Part shown: piece after piece, positions 17,363-25,426 of the stretch
Layout: each line of letters starts with the position of its first letter
Position numbering within the stretch: position 1 is the first letter of the stretch
Source: Candidatus Binatia bacterium
GTDB lineage: Bacteria > Desulfobacterota > Binatia > UBA9968 > JAJDTQ01
NCBI GenBank assembly: GCA_963664535.1
Contig: OY761465.1
Coordinates: 2,063,879 to 2,127,878 of the forward strand
DNA: 64,000 nt
Direction: 5' to 3'
Translations under genes and position numbers: made by a program
Notes under the pieces: generated by a model
What the model was told of the DNA's origin: nothing
What the model saw: the letters and a program-made list of their open reading frames with translations, nothing else
Database searches by the model: none

Positions 17363-17368
17363 CCTCGT

Positions 17369-17396
17369 ATTTTAGAAGTTTATTTCTATTTTGCAA
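17369..17396 (-). promoter_or_regulatory. Putative sigma70 promoter for a leaderless transcript
   Basis: Minus strand TTGCAA-N16-TAAAAT, 6 nt before ATG 17362. Confidence 0.55.
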
Positions 17397-17469
17397 GAAC
17401 GCATGAGCGGGTTCAAGCTTCTCTGGCAATGTCCAATCGTGCACGCCACCTTGGGTGCCGCGAACGAGT

Positions 17470-17991
17470 CTATGTGCTGTCCAGGAGCGCTCGCAAATCC
17501 TTCATCAGCAGAAACAGATGGAAGGGGTCGGTGGGGCTGGGCTCGAAATCGTACTTCTGATACCAGAGCCGTGCCTCGTCGTCCCTGGCATGGACGAGAA
17601 GCGCTCGAATGCCGGCAATGTCGGCGGCTTGGGCAGTTCGGAGCAGGGCATCCTTCAAAAGTGCCTTTCCAAGGCCTTGTCCCTGCTCTTTCCGGTCGAC
17701 AGCCAGGCGGGCGAGAAGCATGATGGGAAGCGGATGACGGGCCATACCTCGGGTGATTCGGTGCGGGGCTTCGGCGTGTTCCACGGCACCGACGGCAAGA
17801 CTGTAGTAACCGACCATGAGCCTGCCATCCCGGCACACGACATAGGTTTGGGCTCCGCCGGCCTTTTGATTGGGCAGTGCGTATCGCTTCAAGAAGCGGT
17901 CGAGCGGTTCTTTCCCACAGTCAAAAGAGTCGCTGTCGTGTGCAGCATCGAGCTTCTCGACGGGCGAGTACCCTTGGGCGCCCGGAGTCAC
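17470..17991 (-). CDS. GNAT acetyltransferase toxin (TacT/AtaT family)
   Basis: FDCG.EPLD.FLK, VGYYSL, LLARLAVD, QGQGLGKALL, LVHA.D..A..WY.KY.F. Confidence 0.9.
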   Translation of the reverse strand: MTPGAQGYSPVEKLDAAHDSDSFDCGKEPLDRFLKRYALPNQKAGGAQTYVVCRDGRLMVGYYSLAVGAVEHAEAPHRITRGMARHPLPIMLLARLAVDRKEQGQGLGKALLKDALLRTAQAADIAGIRALLVHARDDEARLWYQKYDFEPSPTDPFHLFLLMKDLRALLDST

Positions 17992-18263
17992 TCAAGCACG
18001 CTTTTCTGTGTGATGAGGCCAGCCAGACCGGCTTTTCCGACGGGAGGACGATCGAGGGCCGCCTGGAACGCTCGCCATTGCGCATCGTCGAGTCGAAACA
18101 GACGTCGGTCGACCAAGGCCTCCGCCGCCGCTTTTACCCCTGCATCCAGCAGGAATTCGGTGACGCTTTTATGCGAAGAATTGGCTGCACGCTGCAACAG
18201 CGTTTTCATGGCCAGCGTGGTGCGAACCTCAATCCGCTCTGACTTGGGCTCGGCGATGGACAT
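17988..18263 (-). CDS. DUF1778 RHH antitoxin (TacA/AtaR family)
   Basis: K.ERIEVR, LLQRAA, S.TEF, F.L....W.AF.AALD.P; 4-nt overlap with the GNAT gene. Confidence 0.9.
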   Translation of the reverse strand: MSIAEPKSERIEVRTTLAMKTLLQRAANSSHKSVTEFLLDAGVKAAAEALVDRRLFRLDDAQWRAFQAALDRPPVGKAGLAGLITQKSVLE

Positions 18264-18323
18264 GGAAACCTCCTGCCTTAGGTTCACTCCATAACATACG
18301 GCTATCGTACGTACAAGTTACCC

Positions 18324-19739
18324 TCACCCCTTCAAATACCCCCCATACTTCTCCAGCACCTGCTCCTTCAGCTCCGGGCTCGCTCCCGACACCGGCGGGA
18401 AGTCCTTGATCCATTCGTAGGGGCGGCAGGCGTCGATGATGGCGCGGGAGTTGTGGCCTTTCTGGTCGCGGGGAATGATGGGGTCGAGGGGGCCGCTCCA
18501 GGTGCGGCGGAGGATGTCGATGGAGTCGGCGGGGTTGCAGCGGGTGCACATGGCCCAGACGACGTCGTTCAGGTCGGCGACGTCGATGTCGTCGTCCACC
18601 ACCACCACGTAGCGGCCGAGGTAGGCGCCGGTGTGGTTCTGGCTGGCGATCAAGGCGGCCTGCTTGGCGTGGCCGGGGTAGCGCTGGCGGATGGAGACGG
18701 CGGTGAAGAAGCGGTTCTGGTAGCAGGCGACGCCGGTGACGTCGGGGACGCCGGCCTTTTCCATGGAATCCCAGATGAACGCGGCCCGGATCAGCGAGGT
18801 GCAGCCGTCGGCGCCGGGCAGCGGCCGGAACGGCGGCGAGCCGGTGAGGATGGGGTTGTTGCGGTACATGAGGCTCTTGACGTGCACCACCGGTTCCTGG
18901 CGCGAGCCGCTGGCGTAGTAGCCGGGCCACTCGCCGAAGGGGCCCTCGTCCCGGGTCTCGTCGGGCATGATCTCGCCCTCGATGGCGATCTCGGCGTGGG
19001 CGGGAATCGGCAGGCCGGTGAACTCGCCGCGGATGACGTCGATGGGCGAGCCCTTGATGCCGCCGGCGTAGTCCAGCTCCTGCTCGCCCCAGGGGATCTG
19101 CCGCGAGGAGAGCAGGAACAGCAGCGGGTCCTGGCCGAAGGAGATGGCCACCTTGAGGGGCTTGTTCTGGTCGAAGGCCTTCTGGCGGTGGATGCGGCCG
19201 TGCTTGCCCGGCGAGATGTAGACCGCCAGGCGGTCCTTCTCGTGGACCATGGTGCGGTAGGTGCCCATGTTCACCCAGCCCTCGTCCGGGTCCTGGGTCA
19301 TGACCACGTGGGCGGTGCCGATGTAGCGGCCGCCGTCCTCGTCGTGCCACTTGGGCACCGGCAGCTTGAGCACGTCGACGTCCTTGCCGGTGAACACGTT
19401 CTCGTAGAGCGGGCTCTCGTCCACGTACTCGGGCGGGATCAGCTTCGGGTGGTTGAGGCGCTCCTTCCAGGCGGCGATGAACTCGTTGCGGGTGATGTCG
19501 GTGGGCAGGTTGGTGGTGAGGGCGGCGCGCTTGAGCGACTCCACCATGCCCACCAGCACCCGGTGCCCTTCGGGGTAGTCCTTGATGTTGTCGAACAGCA
19601 GCGCGGAGGCGTCCTGCCCGCGTCCCGCCACCTCGGCCAGGGCGCCGATCTCCAGGTTCCAGTCGCAACCCGGAATCCGCCGCAGCTCGCCCATGGCGTC
19701 CACCTGCTCGAGCCATTCTCTCAGGTCACGGTAGGACAT
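18324..19739 (-). CDS. UbiD-family (prFMN-dependent) decarboxylase
   Basis: True start MSYRDLREWL at 19739; LPVPKWH..DGGRYI, NMGTYR, EGPFGEW.GYY, VVVVDDDIDV, WA..TR..P. Confidence 0.92.
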   Translation of the reverse strand: MSYRDLREWLEQVDAMGELRRIPGCDWNLEIGALAEVAGRGQDASALLFDNIKDYPEGHRVLVGMVESLKRAALTTNLPTDITRNEFIAAWKERLNHPKLIPPEYVDESPLYENVFTGKDVDVLKLPVPKWHDEDGGRYIGTAHVVMTQDPDEGWVNMGTYRTMVHEKDRLAVYISPGKHGRIHRQKAFDQNKPLKVAISFGQDPLLFLLSSRQIPWGEQELDYAGGIKGSPIDVIRGEFTGLPIPAHAEIAIEGEIMPDETRDEGPFGEWPGYYASGSRQEPVVHVKSLMYRNNPILTGSPPFRPLPGADGCTSLIRAAFIWDSMEKAGVPDVTGVACYQNRFFTAVSIRQRYPGHAKQAALIASQNHTGAYLGRYVVVVDDDIDVADLNDVVWAMCTRCNPADSIDILRRTWSGPLDPIIPRDQKGHNSRAIIDACRPYEWIKDFPPVSGASPELKEQVLEKYGGYLKG

Positions 19740-19783
19740 GGTTGTCTTCCTTTGTGTGGCGGTTCCCCTTGGCCGCGCCGCTT

Positions 19784-19894
19784 CTGGATTCCCGCTTTCG
19801 CGGGAATGACGGAAGCGGGGGCGCGAAGTGACGGAAGCGGGGGCGCGGAATGACAGGCTCCGCTTCCTTTCAGTGACAGGCTCCGTTTCCTTTC
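19784..19894. repeat. Single CGTC-type REP with tail of pairwise-duplicated units
   Basis: GGATTCCCGCTTTCGCGGGAATGACG, then GACGGAAGCGGGGGCGCG x2 and TGACAGGCTCCG(C/T)TTCCTTTC x2. Confidence 0.85.
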
Positions 19895-19897
19895 GGC

Positions 19898-20305
19898 TCA
19901 CGCCGGCCGGAACTTCGGCAGGGTCATCTCGTCGGTGATGTCCTCGTAGGCCACCTCCACCGGCATGTCGCAGCGCACTTCCTCGGGCTTGCAGCCGATG
20001 ACGTTGGAGAGCATGCGCGGCCCCTCGTCGAGCTCGATGACCGCCACGACGTAGGGAAGCTCTTCCTTGAAGCCGGGGTGGTAGGCGCGGTGGTAGATGA
20101 CGAAGGAGAACACCCGGGCCTTGCCGGATACGGGCTTCCACTCGTAGGCGTCGGAGGTGCACTCGGAGCACACTGCGGCGGGCGGGAACCGGAAGGCGCT
20201 GCACGCGCCGCACTGCTGCAGCTTGAGCTCGTGGCCCTTGGCGGCCTCCCAGAAGGGAAGGGAATCCTCGGACGGCGTCGGTATCGGTTTCGCGTAGTCG
20301 CTCAC
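19898..20305 (-). CDS. DUF35 Zn-ribbon/OB-fold protein
   Basis: PFWEAAK..EL.LQQC.AC..FRFPP..VC.EC, PYVVAVIELDEGPRM. Confidence 0.92.
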   Translation of the reverse strand: MSDYAKPIPTPSEDSLPFWEAAKGHELKLQQCGACSAFRFPPAAVCSECTSDAYEWKPVSGKARVFSFVIYHRAYHPGFKEELPYVVAVIELDEGPRMLSNVIGCKPEEVRCDMPVEVAYEDITDEMTLPKFRPA

Positions 20306-20352
20306 GGCGGTCTCCTGGTTGTCGGGAGCACGTGACGGGTCTCGGCCCGTCG

Positions 20353-20517
20353 CTAGTGTCCTGTCCCACGTAATTCTTTACCAATCTGCTTGTCTTTCTT
20401 GTCGTCGGCTGCGTTGCTCTTCCTCGCGTGGTGCCCGCCACTGCTCGTCATCGCGCCTTGCCGACAACAAGAAATCCTGCGCATCTTGGTAAAGAATTAC
20501 GTGAGACAGGACACTAG
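20353..20517. mobile_element. 165-bp MITE, copy 2 (interior in opposite orientation to copy 1)
   Basis: CTAGTGTCCTGTCCCACGTAATTCTTTACCAA ... TTGGTAAAGAATTACGTGAGACAGGACACTAG (31/32 match). Confidence 0.85.
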
Positions 20518-21650
20518 TTCCTCAATATCAGCGTCGAGTGGCACACGGCGTTGCCGCCGTTGCCGCTGATGATGGCGGTCTCGGCGTCCTTGACCTGGCG
20601 CGGGCCGCATTCGCCGCGCAACTGGCGCACGCCTTCGACGATCTGGAGCATGCCCTCGATGTAGCACTCCGACAGCATGCCGCCCGAGGTGTTGGTGGGA
20701 AGCTCGCCGCCCAGCTCGATGCGGCCGCCGCTCACGAACGGGCCGCCCTCGCCCTTCTTGCAGAAGCCGTAGTCCTCGAGGGTGGCCATGAGGATGTAGG
20801 TGAAGCAGTCGTAGATCTGCGCGGTGTCGATGTCCTTGGGCTCGATGCCGGCCATGGCGAAGGCCTGGGCGCCGGACTCCTTGGCGCCCAGCTCGGTCAT
20901 GTGGTTTCCGTGGATGTAGCCGCGGGAGTTGTTGGCGCGGCCCATGCCCATGACGTGCACCGGCTTCTGCTGCATGTCTTTGGCGCGCTCCGCCGAGGTG
21001 ACGATGACGGCGGCGGCGCCGTCGCTCCGGAGGCAGCAGTCGAACAGGTGGAACGGCCACACGATCCAGCGCGAGTTGTGGTAGTCATCGAGGGTCATGT
21101 CGGCCTGCATGGCGGCCACGGGGTTGAGTTGCGCGTGTTTGCGGCAGGCCACGGCGATGGCGCCCATGTGGTCGTGGGTGGTGCCGTACTCGTGCATGTG
21201 CCGGGTGAGGCCGAAGGCGTGCTGCCCGGCGGCGCCGTACAGGCCGTACTCCGGACCGAACTCGCCGCCGCGTTCGCCCCGTCCGGGGGTCTTGCGGGTG
21301 GCGCCCTTGTCGCCGTGCACGCACAGCACGGTCTTACAGAAGCCCGCCTCGATGGCCGCGGCCGCCACCTGCACCATCAGGCATGACGTCGCTCCGCCCG
21401 CGGACAGCGACACGCCGAAGGCCGTATCGATGCCCAGCCGCTCGGAAAGGTTCTGGTGATGCACCCGGACGGCGCCCAGCAGGTGGCTATGGGTGATCAC
21501 CGCGTCGACGTCGTTCTTCGTGAGGCCGGCGTCGTCGAGGGCGGCCTTCACCGCCATCACCTGCAGGCCGTAGTCGCTCAGCTCGGGCACTTTCCCCAGC
21601 GCCGAGTGTCCCACGCCCACGATCGCGTACTTGTCCTTGAGTGAAGCCAT
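20514..21650 (-). CDS. Thiolase-like protein (SCP2/Ltp2 type, probable acyl-CoA aldolase)
   Basis: AIVGVG, CLRSDGAAAVIV, IYDCFT, NTSGGMLSECYIEG; adjacent to DUF35; stop codon in MITE CTAG. Confidence 0.85.
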   Translation of the reverse strand: MASLKDKYAIVGVGHSALGKVPELSDYGLQVMAVKAALDDAGLTKNDVDAVITHSHLLGAVRVHHQNLSERLGIDTAFGVSLSAGGATSCLMVQVAAAAIEAGFCKTVLCVHGDKGATRKTPGRGERGGEFGPEYGLYGAAGQHAFGLTRHMHEYGTTHDHMGAIAVACRKHAQLNPVAAMQADMTLDDYHNSRWIVWPFHLFDCCLRSDGAAAVIVTSAERAKDMQQKPVHVMGMGRANNSRGYIHGNHMTELGAKESGAQAFAMAGIEPKDIDTAQIYDCFTYILMATLEDYGFCKKGEGGPFVSGGRIELGGELPTNTSGGMLSECYIEGMLQIVEGVRQLRGECGPRQVKDAETAIISGNGGNAVCHSTLILRN

Positions 21651-21690
21651 TCAGTGTCCTTTCCGGTCCATTTGCCTGACCGTTGCCGGC

Positions 21691-22167
21691 CTAGCGTCCC
21701 CTTTCCCCTTCCTCCTCGTGCAGCCTCGCGTGTTGGCGGGGCGTCTCCGGGCGCGTGTCCTTGCCCTTCCCCCTGGTCAAGCGCAGCGTGCCCACGAACT
21801 TTACGTTGGCGCAGGCGTCGGCGCCGCCGGTGGCGCAGCCCTCGTCGTCGGGGATCAGGAACCGCAGCGGCCCGCCCTTGTCCCGGGGCAGCGGCTCGTC
21901 GCCGACGCGGTAGGCGATGACCGCGTAGCGCAGCGCCTCCAGCGGCACGCTGGCGGCGAAGCCGCCGTCGGTGGACTCCACCGTCAGGTGGTCGAGGTCC
22001 CGGTCCGGATTGAGCCGGTCGAGGACGGCCTGAAGCGTCACCGCGCCGCCGACCCGGCCCGGGATCAGTGCGCCGACGTCGGCGATCTGGCCGTCCAGTT
22101 CCGCGAGTTGCCGGAAATCCAGCTCCTGTGCCGGCATTCCTTCCTGTTCGATACGCAGCGCGCTCAT
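21691..22167 (-). CDS. Molybdopterin-dependent oxidoreductase-like (Oxidored_molyb) small protein
   Basis: V.S.DGGFAASVPL...PLP..KGGPLR.LIP....NVK.V. Confidence 0.7.
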   Translation of the reverse strand: MSALRIEQEGMPAQELDFRQLAELDGQIADVGALIPGRVGGAVTLQAVLDRLNPDRDLDHLTVESTDGGFAASVPLEALRYAVIAYRVGDEPLPRDKGGPLRFLIPDDEGCATGGADACANVKFVGTLRLTRGKGKDTRPETPRQHARLHEEEGERGR

Positions 22168-22304
22168 ATCGGTCTCCTGTGGCGGCGTTCACGGCACGGC
22201 TGGCCTTGACCTGCCAAGGGCCGGTGCCGCGAAAACAAAGCGAGTGAGCGGGTCGTAAGACCCACTTCCGCGATACGTCATCGTATGGGGAAACGCAAGT
22301 CCGT

Positions 22305-22739
22305 CTACGCGGGCATTCCCGTGCACGGGGGGCACACGCCGTAGAGCACGACCTGGTGGCCTTCGAGCCGGAAACCCTTGGGGGCGAGTTGCTGGATGGC
22401 CGGCAGGCAACCCTGGATGTCGAAGATGTCGTCGCAGGTCCGGCACTGGAAGTGATGGTGGTGTTCCTTTCCCGCGGTCTCGTAACGGGGAGCCTCCCCG
22501 GGTATTTCCACGGCGACGAGCAGGCCCTCGGTGATCATGGTGTGGATCGCGCGGTAGACGGTGGCGATGCCCAGTCCCGGCGCCGTGGCCTGCGCGGCCT
22601 GGAGGATGTCGTGGGGGCTGAGCGGCCGGTTGGCTTCCAGCAGCACCCGCTGGATGACGCTTCGTTGCCGTGTCCGCCGTTTGGCGCGGGGGCGATGCTG
22701 GGAAGCGGCTTCTTCGGCGTGGCGTTTTTCGTCGGTCAT
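22305..22739 (-). CDS. Fur-family regulator (Zur-like from context)
   Basis: RTRQR, GIATVYR, HHHHFQCRTC, YGVCPPC; divergent from metal ABC genes. Confidence 0.9.
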   Translation of the reverse strand: MTDEKRHAEEAASQHRPRAKRRTRQRSVIQRVLLEANRPLSPHDILQAAQATAPGLGIATVYRAIHTMITEGLLVAVEIPGEAPRYETAGKEHHHHFQCRTCDDIFDIQGCLPAIQQLAPKGFRLEGHQVVLYGVCPPCTGMPA

Positions 22740-22788
22740 GGGAGTCTCCCGATCCTGCCGCGGGCGGTGCGTTCCGTCCTCTTCCTGA

Positions 22789-22807
22789 ATAATCGGTCAC
22801 CGATTAT
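22789..22807. promoter_or_regulatory. Perfect 9-1-9 palindrome, candidate Fur-family operator
   Basis: ATAATCGGT-C-ACCGATTAT about 50 bp upstream of the regulator; second palindrome AGTATAT-TG-ATATACT at 22872-22887. Confidence 0.55.
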
Positions 22808-23014
22808 ACACCACTGCGCTTCGGACATGCAAAGCAGGGGGTCCTTTCGGCCACACCCGTCCGGACCCGCCAGTATATTGATATACTCCTACTAGTATCA
22901 AGTACATCCTATCACCAAATGCCATGTATACGACGTAAGAATGGTTGACTAATTGATATTTTCTTATTAATAAAGTGTCGGGTATCGAGCTCTGTACGCG
23001 GAAAGGAGACGCTG

Positions 23015-24486
23015 ATGGGACGGGTTTTCGTGAGGGAGAGGTTGTTTGCCGGGTGCTTCGCGCTCTTGCTGTCCTGCGGGTTGGCGGCGCCGGCGGGGGC
23101 GGAAGAGCCGGTGGACGCGCTCAAGAAGCAACTGCAGACGATGCAGGAGGAGATGGGTCGGCTGATGAAGCGCATCGACGAGCTCGAGCAGAAGAAGGCG
23201 GAGGCCGCTCGTGTGGATTCGGTGGAGCAATCGGTGAAATCGATTCAGAAGAGCCCTTCGATCCTGAATCCTTCCATCGGGGCTTCCATCGACACCACTT
23301 TCGAACACCGGGGTGACAGCGACGGAGAGTTCAGGTTCCGGACGCTGGAGGTCGGACTGTCGGCTGAAATAGATCCGTACGCCAGGGCCTATACGTTCAT
23401 CACCGGCTCGGAAGGCGGGGTCGAGATCGAAGAGGCGGCCGTGCAAACCACCGCTCTGCCCGTCAATTTCACCGCCGGGCGGTTCTTCGCGGATTTCGGC
23501 CGTCTGGGGCAGTTTCATCAGCACGAGCTTCCGTTCGTCAATGCGCCGTTGTCTCTTACCCGCATGGTGGGCGGGGAGGCCTTGGGCACCGGCGTCCAAT
23601 GGCGCTATCTCTTCCCGACACCGTTCTACCTGGCCGCCACGGGTGGCGTGTTCAACGAAATCGGCCATGCCCACGCGCACGGCGGTGACGAGCACGGCCA
23701 CGAGGGCGAGGGAAACGGTGAAGACGAACACGGCCACGAGGGTGACGATCACGACGAGGACGGCGAGGAGCACCACGAGGACGGTGAGGAACATGACGAG
23801 GACGGCGAGGAGCACCACGAGGACGGCGACGATCACGACGAGCACGGTGAGGAGCATGACGAGGACGGTGAGGAGCACCACGACGACGGTGAGGATCATG
23901 CGGAGGACGGCGCCTCCGGAGGCAAGCGCTTCCTCAGCCACCTGACCTATACCTGGGCCGGGTGCATGCCTTTTTCGACCTGAGCGAGACCTGGAACTTC
24001 GAAGTGGGTTCCTCGTTGGCGTTCACGCCAAGGATGGAGATGGAGGAGGAACGGAGCGAGCGCTCTCTGCTGGGTTTCGACGTGACACTCCGGCACCGGC
24101 CTCTGGTTGCGGATTTCTATGAAGGGTTCACGCTCGCGGGCGAGTGGTTCACCAACCGCCAGACGTTCCATGACCTGGGGCGGATCACCGCCCGCGGCGG
24201 CTATGCCTACGCGGAGTGGCATCTCAATCCGGAGATTCAGGGCCGTTGGAGTCTCGGGCTGATGCTCGATTCCGCGCCCGACCTGGAGAATCCCACCAAC
24301 AAGACGCAGAGCGTGTCGCCTTACATTTCCTGGTCGCCCAGCGAGTTCAACCGTCTGCGTCTGCAGTATACCGACGGTCGGGATGACGTCGGCGGAGCGG
24401 CATCGGGGAACGACGGCGGTCAGTTCTACCTTCAGTGGACCACCGTGTTCGGCAGCCATACGCATGGCTTTCGCGAGCGGCGTTAG
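23015..24486 (+). pseudogene. His-rich outer-membrane beta-barrel protein of Zn-uptake loci, split by a frameshift near 23950
   Basis: Signal peptide, coiled coil, NPSIG...LEVGLSAEIDPYARA...GRFFADFGRL..FHQHELPFV; second ORF 23962-24486 continues the barrel to QWT.VFGSHTH; removing 2 nt from ACCTATACCTG restores ..TYLGRVHAFFDL. Confidence 0.75.
23753..23899 (+). repeat. Seven tandem 21-nt units encoding (D/H)(E/D)(D/H)G(E/D)(E/D)H heptads
   Basis: DEDGEEH HEDGEEH DEDGEEH HEDGDDH DEHGEEH DEDGEEH HDDGEDH inside a larger His/Asp/Glu tract (23666-23910). Confidence 0.9.
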
Positions 24487-24497
24487 GAGGACTTCTC

Positions 24498-25424
24498 GTG
24501 AAGAGCATGTCTGCGAAGCAGTTGTCGGCGTTCGTCACGACGCTGGCGTTCGTCTCGATACTTTCGGGTTCCGTGGCGGCCCAGAAGATCCGGGTGATCA
24601 CGACGATACCGGACCTGGCCGACATCACCCGGCAGATCGGCAGGGACCGGGTGTCGGTCAGCAGCCTGACCCTGGGCGTCCGCGATATCCACAGCGTTCA
24701 GGTGAAGCCGAGCATGGTCACCCTGCTCAACCGCGCGGATGCGGTGGTGTTGATGGGGCTCACGCTGGAGCATTCGTTCCTGCCGGCCTTGCTCGACGTG
24801 GCCGACAACCCGCGAGTATCACGCGGAGGGATCGGCCATATCGATACATCCACCGGAGTCGTGCCCTTGGGGATGCCGGAGACTCTTTCGCGCAAGGGAG
24901 GCGACGTCCATCCCATGGGCAACCCCCACTACAATCTGGACCCGGTCCTGGGCAAGCTCATCGCGCGGAACGTTGCGGAGGGCCTGTCGAAAGCCTACGC
25001 CGAGCACCGTCCTTTCTTCATGGAGAACCTGAAGGCCTATCTGGCGGAGCTGGACCGGCGCATACCCGAGTGGCAGAGGAACGCCCGGAGCCTCAACGGC
25101 ATCCGGTTCGTCAGCTACCATGACACGCTCAACTATTTCGCCAGGCGTTACGGCATGCGGCAGTTCGACACCCTGGAGATTGCCTCCGGCATAGGGCCGA
25201 CGCCCGCGCACATCGTCCAACTGGTGGAGCGGATGAAGGCCGCGAAGGTTCCGCTGGTGGTGTACGGGACCTATCCGAGCCGGGTACCGAAGCGCGTCGC
25301 CAGGGAGACGGGTGCAAGGTTGGTGCACATTCCGTTGTACGTGGGCGGCCGGCCCGGCGTCGACAGTTACATCGGTTTGATCGACTACCTGGTCACCCAT
25401 CTGTCGAAAGCGGCCGGTCCCTGA
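24498..25424 (+). CDS. znuA: Zn/Mn ABC transporter substrate-binding protein
   Basis: GTG start after AGGAGG; ITTIPDLADI, DIHSVQ.KPS, GDVHPMGNPHYNLDP, SYHD. Confidence 0.88.
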   Translation: MKSMSAKQLSAFVTTLAFVSILSGSVAAQKIRVITTIPDLADITRQIGRDRVSVSSLTLGVRDIHSVQVKPSMVTLLNRADAVVLMGLTLEHSFLPALLDVADNPRVSRGGIGHIDTSTGVVPLGMPETLSRKGGDVHPMGNPHYNLDPVLGKLIARNVAEGLSKAYAEHRPFFMENLKAYLAELDRRIPEWQRNARSLNGIRFVSYHDTLNYFARRYGMRQFDTLEIASGIGPTPAHIVQLVERMKAAKVPLVVYGTYPSRVPKRVARETGARLVHIPLYVGGRPGVDSYIGLIDYLVTHLSKAAGP

Positions 25425-25426
25425 TC

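Noticed and set aside
10823-18263. Prophage or integrative element as carrier of the island
   Set aside because: No integrase, transposase, phage structural gene, flanking tRNA or att-like direct repeat was found.
18324-20441. 705-aa ORF suggesting a UbiD fusion
   Set aside because: The first 234 codons run through the MITE, an alternative frame of the DUF35 gene and a REP; UbiD homology begins at 19739.
22168-22304. Moco riboswitch upstream of the molybdopterin oxidoreductase-like gene
   Set aside because: No recognisable Moco motif elements; an Rfam scan would be decisive.
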